A stretch of DNA of 62,073 bases, filler included, from Choristocarpus tenellus KU-1152 (Eukaryota; Protista; Phaeophyceae), in NCBI GenBank assembly GCA_964200185.2. It is 12 parts of 12 records of this genome, joined end to end, with 100 filler letters (N's around TTAATTAATTAA, not from the genome) between each part and the next. Parts side by side here need not be neighbours in the genome. Positions count along the whole stretch, not along the records: positions 44,927 to 51,426 come from CAXNAD020007994.1; positions 51,527 to 55,814 come from CAXNAD020015277.1; positions 55,915 to 59,134 come from CAXNAD020021451.1; positions 59,235 to 62,073 come from CAXNAD020024292.1; 8 more parts are not named here. One strand, 5' to 3'. Shown in pieces: positions 50,761 through 62,073 of this stretch. The notes under the pieces are model-generated. The model made no database searches. It was given only the letters and a program-made list of their open reading frames with translations, and was not told the origin of the DNA. Position 1 is the stretch's first letter. Every line of letters starts with the position of its first letter. The translations under genes and the position numbers were made by a program.

Positions 50761-51426
50761 ATGAGGCGCTTCCTGGCGTGTGTTGTTCTCTTGGTGTATG
50801 CCAGTTGCTCCCAAGGTTCCTACCTCTACTCCCCTGGACCGGATGGTTGTAGCACTGCTGCTATTAGGGTGGGGAAAGCGGGCACAAACAGACACTCAAA
50901 TTGGATAGAGACCCTTTACATCGAGTGCAACGATGCTCTTCGAGTAAAAACATTGCGCTCGCGACTGGGAAGGAAAGAGTTCGGAGGTCGCCTATCTGAT
51001 GTATTCCCCCTGAGTGCTAGCTCGTACGCTATTCGGTTGGCCAGGTTGGTTGAAAAATACAAAGAATTTATCTCAGTATGCTTGCTTAATCTTCAGTGAC
51101 AGCATCGAGTCAGTTGCCATGTTATTGGCGACCCTTGGAATTTTTTTTTCTCGCACTCCCTCAGGTTCCTCATTAATACCGACCCATGTTTCTGCTGCTT
51201 CCCCTGATAGAGGAGGCGCAAGTAGTAGTTACAACTACGACGATGACTATTACCGAGGTCAAGGTGGAGGCGAAGATGATCCCTACTACAACGACGGTCG
51301 TGGTTGGGACGGTGGTGGTAGAGAACAAGGGGGGAAGGGGAGGTCATCCAGGCGAGGGTATGACTACGATCCCTATGAAGAGGCGCCGACTGGACGCAAG
51401 GGGGGGAAGGGGAGGTCGGGTGGAGG
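50761..51426 (+). CDS. Secretory-pathway protein with signal peptide and a Tyr/Asp/Gly/Arg-rich region, 5' part
   Basis: MRRFLACVVLLVYASCSQG signal peptide. Exon 50761-51044 splices in phase 2 to 51211 (LARGGASSSYNYDDDYY...); truncated by the linker. Donor choice is tentative. Confidence 0.7.
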
Positions 51427-51799
51427 NNNNNNNNNNNNNNNNNNNNNNNNNNNNNNNNNNNNNNNNNNNNTTAATTAATTAANNNNNNNNNNNNNNNNNN
51501 NNNNNNNNNNNNNNNNNNNNNNNNNNGGGGTGGGTTGTGGTGGTGGTGGTGGTGGTGACCAGGGTGGAGGGGGTGGTGGGATCGGTTGGAGTAGAGAGGG
51601 GGGTGAGGTGGGTTGGGGTGTGGGGGTAGGGGGTGCCTGGACCTGTGGAGGGAGGTGGGTGGGGTGTAAGTTTGGTCTGGAATGTTGTGGGATGAAAAAA
51701 GGTAGATTTGGACTGCAGTGGCGTTATTCAGGCAGGCTATAAGCCCGCTAGGAGGGTGCCTTTGGCTGGTGAGGGTGGTGTAGGTGTGATTGAAGTGTG

Positions 51800-52290
51800 T
51801 GGGGATGAGTAGGTGTGTTCCACAGTGGGGGTATGTGAAAGGGTGGTTTGCGTCTTCACAGAGGGTGACCATGCAGTTGGCGTGGAGCGAGCACCCAAAA
51901 GGGAGGGTGCCCTGGTGGTCTGGAGAAAGTGGCTCTAGGCAGCTTGGGCAAGGAGGGAATGAAGGGAGAGGGACTGGGGGGTGGGGGTGTGGGATGGAGA
52001 GTAGGCGGAAAGGTGGGATGGCAAAAGGGGTAGAGGACGATTGTGTGCGGATGGATTCCAGCACGGCTTCGGTTCCCACACTTCTCTCCACGGCAGCGTA
52101 GTAGCGTTCGGGGTTGCGATGGTGCAGCAGGAGGGGGGCGGGATGGGATGTAGGGGCCGGGCACGGAGGTAAAGGGCAGAGATACAGCCAAGATCAAGGG
52201 AGTGTGTGCAGGAGAAGGAGAGTACTGGCAGTTGTGTCTGGGAAATACAGATAGCACAGTGTTCCGGTGTGAACAGGCGTGGTTGCTGAG
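51800..52290 (-). pseudogene. Frameshifted ORF relic with two degenerate RING-like fingers
   Basis: CAIC-x11-CTHSLDLGC and CPSC-x-GCSLHANC-x-YPHC in different frames; no intron signals seen between them. Confidence 0.5.
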
Positions 52291-52394
52291 GTGGGGGTGG
52301 GTTGGGGTCACCACTGGGGGAGGCTGGTTGTCGAATCCCAGTGATACCTCCTATCGCTGTCTCTCCTGTCTCCTCCACGTCGTTGTCGATCCCT

Positions 52395-52733
52395 GTGTGC
52401 GCCTATTCAGTTCTTCATCCGACCTTCACCATCCTGCAAAACCGAAACATGTCTACTTATTCCCAAAGCAGAGTTGTGTGCTCTACTTATATTCCTCCCT
52501 CGCCCTTGCCTACCTCGTGGGCCGCCATCACCATCCCCTGTCACCTCCACAACCCCATCCTCGTGCGAGCCTGTTCCGTTCTCTGTCCAACCCTCTCCGT
52601 CCTGCGAAATCGAAACCTGTTCACCTATTCCCGAAACAGAGTTATATGCTCCACGTATGCTAGTTCCTCGCCCCTGCCTATCTTGTGCGCCACTGTCGCC
52701 TTCCTCCATCACCTCCTCAGCCCCGTCCCTGTA
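52395..52733. repeat. ~168-bp diverged tandem duplication
   Basis: The two units align along their length, e.g. CCTGCAAAACCGAAACATGT vs CCTGCGAAATCGAAACCTGT. Confidence 0.75.
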
Positions 52734-53325
52734 ATCAATATGTATCTCATATTGTCTATCTTGGCCGAGGAGTGTTTTGATTGGATAAGATCGTATACAG
52801 AGAAGGTCCACGTTATGGTTTCTAAATTCCAAAATTGTCCCCCCTCTATGTCTTCAAGCCTTTTTTCTTAATGGTGCAGCTCAAATTATAAAATGGGCAC
52901 CGAATGGACAGCTGTCACCACTCCCGCCCCCAGATACTTTGACCCTGACCATCTGCCTGTTAAAGCAGGGAATTTTTTACAAACCCTGAAGGAAGGGAGA
53001 GGCAAAGATTTTGGAGTGGTTCACCAGAAACAGGGAAACTCTAGTGAAGGTAGTGTAATCAGAATCTCAGCACAACACTATTTTGAGTGGTAACCGCCCT
53101 CATGGTGGGTTCAACAGCAAAATGGAGGAGAGCATGGATGCCAATTCGAGATACGCATGCAGAAGTCAAATAGAGAGGGGCTGAGATGAAAAGTCTCTCA
53201 TTTGTCTAGAGAGAATCAACTTGAGGTATTTTTCCGTTGCTGCAATGGCGGATTTGGCGATGCCACATGCAGCCTTAGACCCACGCATGACAGGACCAAA
53301 ACTTGGCAAGGTCGTGTAGAGCTTG

Positions 53326-53522
53326 GAGTCAAAGTACCTTAGAGGGTAGAGCCACGTTTCCGTTCTGGAGTAGGTAAAATATGTATGTTTAAAAAAGATG
53401 TGTCTGGAACAAGGATATTGAGACTTCCTAACGAACGTGATAGCCAAAATTACATCAAACTTTCAACATTAGATTTTGGCCCCCAAATGGACGCGGCTCT
53501 AGCCTCTAAGATATTTTGACTC
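53326..53522. mobile_element. Rearranged MITE A carrying the same end type on both sides
   Basis: Both ends read GAGTCAAA..TAGAG(G)GTAGAGCC; the junction falls at the central hairpin; flanks TTG and TAA do not match. Confidence 0.75.
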
Positions 53523-55644
53523 TAAGGTCTGCCAATACTAGTTAAACCGTGAAAAACACAAGGTGATAGCAACATGGGCTTGTTCCTTTAGGTTCATGTA
53601 TTGCATAATGCATGTCGAATGTCAACGATGGTATCTACATTGTCGGCTGTGCCTTCTCGACAGCACCTTTTTCCGTGCTTATTTTGTCCTTCCATTGCAT
53701 GGTCCAGGTGGTCTTCTAGGCATAGATGCTGGTTCGGGGAGAAAACGAACAACAATGGCAGAAGATATCTGTTTCAGGAAAGCGATGGCTGGCGATAACC
53801 CTGAAAGTATTGGGAAGACGGAGGTAAGCCTGGTCGTTCAGCAACAGAACTGCCACCACCTGTAAAGAAAAAGGCAAGATATTGTATGTAGATATGTGTA
53901 GGTGTGTATGTCAATGTTCACATCCTTTGATTTCACCCTGACCAATCCTCACTAACTATGCTGTGTTTGCCTTCAACAAATGAGAAATGGGGATTTCAAC
54001 TTCTGCCGTCTTTGTTGCCAGTTGAACCCGGTCCAAACTTTCAAGTTTGTTGTGTAATCATGACAAATGTACAGGCACAGGTGATATTGCTCTTCCCGAA
54101 AAACGTGTGCCATTTACGTAGTGTATCGGTATCATTACTGTTATCGATGGTGAGTGCCAATGGACTATTGTTTGCCTGCCAGGGTGCACTTTCTCATATG
54201 GGCTTGAAGATTATCTTTGTTGTCCCTCGTTGAACTCTGTCCAAGACTGTCTGTCCCTCGCAAGACTCCATTGTCACAGATGCTGGCCTTGGATGCGTCA
54301 GCAGTTCTTTGAATTTGAAATGGGCAATGCCACATTTGGAGGACCCGTGGATCCTCATCTTACTACACTCGTACATCAACATCATGCTAGTTCTCAGTAG
54401 TATTAGCATGTTCTATAAACATATTCGTGCTTGTGGGGAGAACATGCATGGGTATGTCTGTGTCAGTCGCAGCAGAGATGGAAGTTCTATCTTTAGGTGA
54501 TAGCGTGTGCCTTTGGTTGTGTTGGTCCTGGCAGTGCACAGGGCGCTCCTCGCCGCTGAGCACTGCTGCAGGATCGCTAACTTTGCGTAGATGCATAGTT
54601 TTGGGGCCTGTGGAGTCATATTTTTTCATGTGCTTTCCTTTCATGCACATTATGTGCTTGTGGGACTTCCACGTGTGTGCTTCCTTGTTGTGGACCATAT
54701 TAACTTCTTTGGTGACGACTGATTTAATGCTTGAAGGCTGAGGTCATCTGAATTAACGAAAAGGTTACGCCTGGTAAGCACTTGGAAGATGACTAGGTGG
54801 GTCTTCACCATGGTTTCATTTTTTGAGCTTCTTTTCTTGCTTCATGCGTTTTATTATTATTTTTTTGGCTATAGTAGTGGAGGCGGCAGGAGGGATATCA
54901 CCATCAGGAGATAGGGTCTGGGAGGGCAGGTGGGAGAGCGAGTACACTGCACTAGTCAAGGCCACATTGTCAAATTCATTGATATGATAAGAGTGTGCAG
55001 TATGTGAAGTCACGGTGTGGGGTTGATGCGTTTCTCATACTGGAGCACCAGTAACTTTTCTGGTTCATTACTTTTCGCTATTATTGTTTTAGGGTGGTAC
55101 TACCTTCAAATTGGTGTCCCGTACTTTGTCATCTCTGATCTGTGTTCATAATATTCCTCTGCCAGTACTTAAAACACACATCCACTATTGTCATTAGTGT
55201 AGTTCTCTCTAAACTGCTCCTGCGTTGATGTTTTAATCAACACTTCGAATCAAAACAGATGACACATTTATAGACGGATTGAAATGGACGTTCATTGGAG
55301 GGATGCGTGGCATACAGTGACAAACAACAGCAGTGCCTTCAAAGTTCGCTCCCATCTCACTCAGTCATAAACGGGCAGACCATGCACCCACCATGAATCC
55401 AGGCATAGTATCACCATGCTACACTTGACAGACGAAATAATTTTGCAGAGAAGAAAACACTTGTCAAAGGAAGAGGAGTGAGAGCAGAAAGCATGATAAG
55501 AAATAGGTATTAGTTGCTAATGTAAATACAACAATTCTTGTCAATAATAGAAACACATCTATTGTGTAAGAAATATTTGTAAGAATACAAGAGAGTCCCC
55601 CCCAAAAAAGGTTTTCAACACAACGCAAGCTGTACACTACTAAT

Positions 55645-55814
55645 GGCTCAAAGTATCTGGGAGAGGGTGGCGGCTGTCCATTTGGGGTCAATTTTTTTAT
55701 ATCGCGATTTTTTGGTGATTTGATTGCCATACGTCGGATGGATAATGCAAATGCACTTTTCCCGATTCTGGTCCAAATGGACACCCTTGTGTAGACCCCC
55801 CCCCCCAGATACTT
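55645..55814. mobile_element. MITE family B (to contig end)
   Basis: GGCTCAAAGTATCTGGG...CCCCAGATACTT. Confidence 0.85.
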
Positions 55815-55914
55815 NNNNNNNNNNNNNNNNNNNNNNNNNNNNNNNNNNNNNNNNNNNNTTAATTAATTAANNNNNNNNNNNNNNNNNNNNNNNNNNNNNN
55901 NNNNNNNNNNNNNN

Positions 55915-56170
55915 CCAAAATTGCGACATGAAAAAATTGACCCCAAATGGACAGCCGCTACCCCCTCCCAGATACTTTGAGCCGAATTTGGTCATAATGT
56001 TAGTTAGGAGATGTCAATATCCTTGTTCCGGACCCTCCTTTTCATAACGTACACATTTTACCTACTCTGAAACATTTTGGAGTAGGTAATATGTCATTAT
56101 AAACTCGTGGAAAGCCAAGCCTCAAACGGACAAACGGGGAAAAACTCGTACCTATTAAGATACTTTCACC
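55915..56170. mobile_element. MITE B right end nested in MITE A
   Basis: B end at 55983 is followed directly by internal A sequence and the A TIR. Confidence 0.78.
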
Positions 56171-56259
56171 CATCAGGTCTATTGTTTGAGGTGTTATATA
56201 CAAGACTTTATGACATGAATACTCCACCGTCTATACCATATGAAGGTTTGCTCCCATCA

Positions 56260-56900
56260 CCGTAAAACCCTCTTCTTGTGCTGTATTGACAACGTACTGT
56301 TTGTCCTAAAAAGATATGCCCTTGTGAAGACTGGATGTGAAAGTATCAAGGCCACCGCGCAAAAATGAAGACTCCTATTCGCAGGGTCAGTTGCACGGAT
56401 GGAGGATGAGTGACTTCCCACATTGATGTTTGGGGAGCTGGCAGATGGGGAGAAGAACTGGTGGGTGTGCCAGCGAGATGACCATGAGAAATTTAGGGTG
56501 GCGGTTGAGGTATGGAGAGCACAAGGGCAAACGAACAGCACAGATAAATGATACTGAGTATATTGTTGGCGGCGAAATCATGCCTTAAGCAGCCCAAGCA
56601 ACCACTATCACCACGTTGAGTGTTGAGAATTGCTTTATCATAATTTTTATGTATGTTGGGTAAATTATTATTGCGCTTCTCCCCTTTCTTTCATGCGGCA
56701 CCTGTGTGACTCTAGCTTTGTTCTTGGGTGACGGTGCATTACACCTCTCTTCTCTCTGTTACCCTTGTAGATACACTTAGTCCTTTCTACCTCTCTACTC
56801 TTTTCCTTTTATTTCTTCGTCTATACTGCATCTTTATTTTTATTTTTATTTTCTTCTTATATGCCCCTTTGTAGTATTGTTTGTGTATCTAAAGCAGTGT
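56260..56900 (+). mobile_element. RTE LINE 3' fragment
   Basis: ALVKTGCESIKATAQK*RLLFAGSVARMEDE*LPTLMFGELADGEKNWW. Confidence 0.8.
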
Positions 56901-58157
56901 GTACACGTGTGTGGTATTATTGCTTTTTTTCATTAATTTATCATCCAGACCTACCATGACCACGGGTGGGCCTGGGATCTGGAACTCCTCAACCTACCTG
57001 TTATTATGTGGAGATTAACAATAACCCTTCATTCCTTGTTACTACTAGAGGTATTGTGAGCACTGATACTTTGCATATAGAATTGGACAAAGCGAGAGGT
57101 ACACAGGTTTTTTGGGCTGTTTTGCATTTAAAGTCAGTTTTTCAATCTTATCCAATTCACTCACATTTCTATTGATGATGAAGTGCTAAGTTTGACTTCA
57201 GAGTGGTGATTTCTCTATTATTGTTTGAAAACTCCCGACAGAATGAAATACGCACCTGTGAGAAACTCGAATTTTGCACATATTTGTCAGCCTCCATAAA
57301 ACGCAACTCTGGATACATCTCGCTTACTTCGACTCATTTTATGTATGAAACAAATATAGAGATGTTTGACCCACACGAAAGTGGGTAATCTATTTCTGAA
57401 GGAGTAAAAAACCAGACAGCAACACATAACCAGTCAACGAAGTAGATTGAAGGGTTGGATTAGTTAATCAGATATAGGTTTTGAGTTGGACATAGTAGAC
57501 TAAAAAACTCCCCCCCATGTAGCATCTACCTCTATTATGAAGCAATGAATTGGGTTTGCAGGGAGAGTTGAATGTTTGAGAAATAAATGAGGTTGAAGTT
57601 GTGGTTAGACGATTTGATCGAATGGACCTATCTATTTGACGCATTGCCTAAGTGTTGAGATAGATCTTACCACGATGGAGGGAGAAGAAGAACACAACAT
57701 AACATTCCATTCATTCATCATATTCGTAATTATGCATATTATAATAGCAACGAGACAAAACAAGAGCATGACGGAAGAAACAGCCAAGGTGGTGAAAAAG
57801 AGTGTCCTTAATAACCCATCAATGCCGTTGCTTTTTGAATCCTGTTAGCAAGCGCTCAATCATCCCTCTTCTGTTTTTAAACCACCACAAAATTTGCTGG
57901 AGTCAACTTCGTGAAACATATCCTTGTGTTGCCCTTTTCTTTCTTATATTTTTATAGATGGTGAGAGGATAGATACTTCTAATAAAACTAAATGCCATCG
58001 AAATAGAAAAGATAACACTCCTCCCACCTATCGTGCGAATATTTGTCCTGCGCGCGTAATTTGACGAAAAGTGGAGAGAAACCTCAATAAACACCTCAAT
58101 ATTTTACGATTTGTCCCTTACCTCATGAGTGCGGTCAGAGCACGGGAGAAAGCCGAG

Positions 58158-59134
58158 ATGGTATCTATGCGCGAGGTTGTAGAGGAGGATCCAGAGGTAG
58201 GCTGAAACACAACTTTGTATTTCCACGCTATTGTAGACCGTCATGCGTCTAAGGGCCAAGCTCCTTAATGTGAGACCCTTCCTCTTCTCCATATCCGCAT
58301 ACTATTGCCAGTTCGAGCTGGCAGGAGAGGCCCGAATTTGCGTCCTTGTCTCTGTTATAGAGCCACGAAAAGCTAATATTATAATGAAGGAGCTGGTGGG
58401 ACTCCTTCCCCTCGACAAGATCAAGGTGAGGTTGATGGAGTGTTGTCTCAATCCCGATACTGTCGATCGAGGAACCTCCAATTTTTCCCCTGAGATTGGA
58501 AGCTCGGCCCCTAACTGGTTGGGATATGTATAGGTTACTTGACAATACTAACATTTCACCCTTTCACCCTATTTTTTTTATCTAGTAGCTTGGCCATCTC
58601 AAGCGAATAAGGTCATCGCAAGGGCAAGATGGTGGTCGTGTGCTGGAGGTGATTCTTTCACCACCTGAAGTATATCATGCTCTGAATGAAACAAAGAAGA
58701 AGGATATCGAGGAGCGATTCTCACTCAAGCCGATGCCTTGTACTGTTCCCAAGCTTGCACCCCGTACACGCCGCCAGTTTGACGAGGGACAAAGGTTGTG
58801 GCCCATGTTGTTTCATCATAGGTGAGAATTACTATGGAAAGTATTACGGAGTTTGAACTTACCTGCCTGCACGCTACCAGGGAAAAGAATGTAGGGCTGC
58901 TTCTGTTGTATAATGGTAAGTATAGACTACTAAACACTTGCTTCATGCTCGGTTTCTCCCTTCTCAGCACCTCAGAGGAAGCCCTCAGAGCTGCAAGAGT
59001 TCTAACTGAACAGGAAAGGGAAGATGCGAGGACTTTTATGCGGGCTGCACTGCAAGATGCGAAGGCGGGTCAAGAAGCCCAGGGTGGACAAGCGACTGTA
59101 GGGGCTGTGATGGTGGACCCCTATACTGGGCGAG
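58158..59134 (+). CDS. ADAT3: tRNA-specific adenosine deaminase non-catalytic subunit (TAD3), 5' four exons
   Basis: Exons 58158-58196, 58312-58425, 58589-58821 and 58968->59134. Motifs LGHLKRIR, VPKLAPRTRRQF...LWP, FMRAAL, GAVMVDP. Confidence 0.88.
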
Positions 59135-59234
59135 NNNNNNNNNNNNNNNNNNNNNNNNNNNNNNNNNNNNNNNNNNNNTTAATTAATTAANNNNNNNNNN
59201 NNNNNNNNNNNNNNNNNNNNNNNNNNNNNNNNNN

Positions 59235-59454
59235 GGTCCAAAATCCAATGTTGGGATTTTGATGTAATTTTGGCTATCATGTTTATTAGGAAGTGTCAAT
59301 GTCCTTGTTCCGGACACACCTTTTCATAACGTATACATTTTACCTGCTCCGAAACATTTTCGAGTAGAAAAATGTCATTAAGAATTCCCTAGGGAAGCCA
59401 AGCCCCAAATGGACAAACAGGGGAAAGCTCGTACCCTCTAAGATACTTTCACTC
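59235..59454. mobile_element. MITE family A (5'-truncated by the contig start)
   Basis: A consensus with hairpin and right TIR ending CACTC. Confidence 0.88.
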
Positions 59455-60599
59455 AGAAGTCCATGCTCTGTAGAGAGGCTTGTTGCCTTGACTGGCAAGG
59501 GTTTCCGCGGATGGTATTAACTCTGATTATATTACATCCATGTGTGTGTTTGGTACACAGTTGGCAGAGTGAGTTTGGTGCATTTTTAGGGATCAATGAC
59601 AATCTGATCAACGTACAACTGTCATCTTCTCCTGATTAGAAAAAAGAGTGAAAGAAAAACAAGCAAGAGAGCAACAAAACAAACTTGAACCAATATGTGA
59701 TGCAACTCATGTGACGTATACTATACTATACTATTTGTGTGGAACGCAGAGCGACTGTTCGGTACTTAGATGTTCTGATTGTAGTTGATGTGGTAATGAT
59801 GAACTAGTGAAAGTAACATCCAGAACGTGACAGACCAATCAACAGTTCAGTGTTGACTGGTGGAACTGTATCGTATCAAGGAACAAACAGATGAGTAGCC
59901 TATGTTTAAAAAATAAACGCTGGTACAGCATCACCGAACCTGGCCTGCGAAATGGTCACCTCACAAGTAGTAGAACTTGGAGGCGGGACCGGTTCTTCCT
60001 GAAAGAGGACCCGACGAGTGTCACTGTCGCCCGAGCTAACATAATGCTCAAGGGTCGACGACACGGGACTGGCATGAGCCTGACGATCTGTTGGGGGGGG
60101 AGGAGGGGAACCTCTTCTACGTTCGGCAAGTGTAATGTTACTTCGACGAGGTGGGCACAGGAGTAGATAGATGGGAAGATAAGGAAGACTAGTACAATAA
60201 TTGATAGCGGTGAAGTAACTGATTAGTGGTTGCCACACTTTCAATGTTTCATAATGTTCTTATGTTTAGGATATTTTATTTCTTTAGGGCTAATAACGAC
60301 ATGTACATATATAGTTTTCATTGGTTTCCCCCCCGACACATCTGCAAAATGTCAGAGGGCATAATAATTAAAATGATAGATGCAGTGTTGGTAGTAGTGG
60401 TTTCTACTTTTGGTTATGTATCGAATGTCATGTATGCTACTATATTATTATTCTCTGTTTATTATATATGAGAAGGTTAATTTTTGTTGTGTATCCATTT
60501 TGCCCTTGATATTGGTGGAGTGCATTAACTGCCTATGGGCTATCTCTGATGGTGTGGATTGGACTCGGCTGCGGTTTCTGTTAATGAGCAATGGGGGAA

Positions 60600-61620
60600 C
60601 TTTGTGCAGAATTGAAGCCTGGATAGTGCTGGTAAGCGGGGGGAAATGAGTAGCTTCTTCATTGTGTCACAGACAACTGGGGTGGGCGGTGGTTGAGGGG
60701 GAGTTTTCCTGTGATAGTGCACATTATATCGTATTGGAATGTAGTACCTTAGAGTAGCTTCAAATACTACTTGAGAGGTCATCATAACATAAGAAGTTTT
60801 CATGGTAGGCCTCTTGCAGTCTCAATGACTTTGAAAACGGCAGTAGTCTTAGATATATGAGCGTACATGAACACAGGGAAGTGCGTGCTTATAACAGATT
60901 TTTATATAAAACACAACTACTATTAGTTAATTTAACGCTCAATATTTCACATATAAATCTTCTTATAAAGCCTTGAAATGTATGAAATTGAAGCGCATTA
61001 CAAATCTCTTATAATTTCATGCAATTGCCCTGCCTGCTAAATCGAGCTCTCATTTCTTGGAGTTATAGTCAAAAGTGGTGTATGACAAAAACTGATAGGT
61101 GACGTATCCTGTTGAAAGTTCTTGGAGAACAAAATCAACAAAAAGAGATACGCCATGAAGAAGAATAAATTAGAATTAGCGAAAAGACCAGAAGAAATCT
61201 GAATTTTCCCTGGTATAGTTTGCAGGAAGAGGTGCTTGTACTTTCCTCTATGAATATACTCCGAAGTATGTAAGAAGTCGTTTTTGGGAGGGGGGACTTT
61301 TACATATTGTAGAGGACATACAACCTGCATCCGCCGTCGACAGCCAATAAAATTAGAAGATTCTTTTTACTTGGTTTGTTGGCACAAGGGATAACATAGA
61401 ACTAGTAACTGCTTGCATACACACCTGTGACACTTGATTGAACAAGCATGAAACCTGCATGTCGAATATAAAAAACAAGGGAAGTTTGACTCTAGTGACA
61501 TTTTCAGCTAACTGTTGTAATGTGTTTGTGGCATGTTTACGTAATAATCTTACTCCACGGCAACAGCATGCTGATGGCCCTGGGACTCCACCTATGTATA
61601 TCCTATTTGTAACAGCGTCA
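60600..61620 (-). mobile_element. Possible very decayed Penelope-like RT
   Basis: Weak ordered similarities: VTSSMLSLVP (cf. DVxSLYTxIP), FLQTIPG..FANSNL, ELDL, KAYKK, ARGLP (cf. RGYP), IPIRYN. Confidence 0.3.
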
Positions 61621-62073
61621 CAAATTTGGAATTTGGTTCGTTGCATGCTAGAATAGAATATCAAATTAAATGGGCATGTATTGACGTGGAATGAAATGGA
61701 GGGGTTAACACCGAGTGGTAGCCCCAAGGGAAGGAGTTCGAGCAACAGGATTGTGGGGACAAGGATGTAGACAATGTTACAATCTCCTCATATGCATGCG
61801 GCGTTTGGTAGTGGTTCTTAAAGCATAGGCTACTCATTCCATTTGGTTTGATACGATACAGCATCTCGTCGGTCCATACTGAACGTTGATTTGTCCATTG
61901 CAATGGTCGCTATTCCCAATTACATCATTAGCTCATTAACTCATCATCAAAACTCAATCAGAAGATCACAGTATATATGAAGTATAGGAACAGTCGCTAA
62001 CTATTGTGCAAATTACCTTGGGAGGTAATGCTATTTGTTAGTAGTGAAGATAAGGTGTGAAGCCTCACACGAC

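Noticed and set aside
53560-55400. Coding-looking minus-strand region
   Set aside because: No phase-consistent exon chain or recognisable domain could be built.
57130-57550. ISIDDE...YYCLKTP as a piggyBac transposase relic
   Set aside because: Too little supporting similarity to call by eye.
10165-59234. Recurring TTAATTAATTAA motif as a biological repeat
   Set aside because: Always centred in a 100-bp N spacer; it is an assembly linker.
59780-59825. ATGATGA-ACTAGT-GAAA as a minimal hammerhead ribozyme
   Set aside because: The core lacks the conserved C, stems I and III are unconvincing, and it is not retained in the inverted copy.
60480-60900. QYDIMC as a KDZ transposase motif
   Set aside because: Single short match; the other KDZ motifs are unconvincing and a Penelope-like reading fits at least as well.

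Overview
Eukaryotic, intron-rich DNA, most consistent with a brown alga or related ochrophyte (inferred from gene content, TTAGGG repeats and TE types). The window is 12 separate contigs joined by artificial 100-bp N/TTAATTAATTAA/N linkers, so synteny holds only within a contig. Spliced gene models with phase-consistent GT-AG introns can be rebuilt by hand for an S1-family arylsulfatase (3' part), a coiled-coil protein head-to-head with a UBAP2/Lingerer-like RGG protein, a low-complexity protein, UMP-CMP kinase (5' part), SPCS1/SPC12 (complete) head-to-head with a signal-peptide protein, and ADAT3/TAD3 (5' part). Introns and intergenic DNA hold many decayed mobile elements: RTE LINEs, an RLE-type non-LTR element, Copia, Gypsy, a DD39D-like mariner, a hAT non-autonomous element, Harbinger/ISL2EU-type transposase relics, and two related abundant MITE families with 3-bp TSDs. 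The most notable item is almost invisible in the ORF track: a stop- and frameshift-ridden relic at ~15.9-16.8 kb (minus strand) whose motifs follow the order expected for a Fanzor1/TnpB-like RNA-guided nuclease. All homology calls are by-eye motif recognition and have not been checked by any search.
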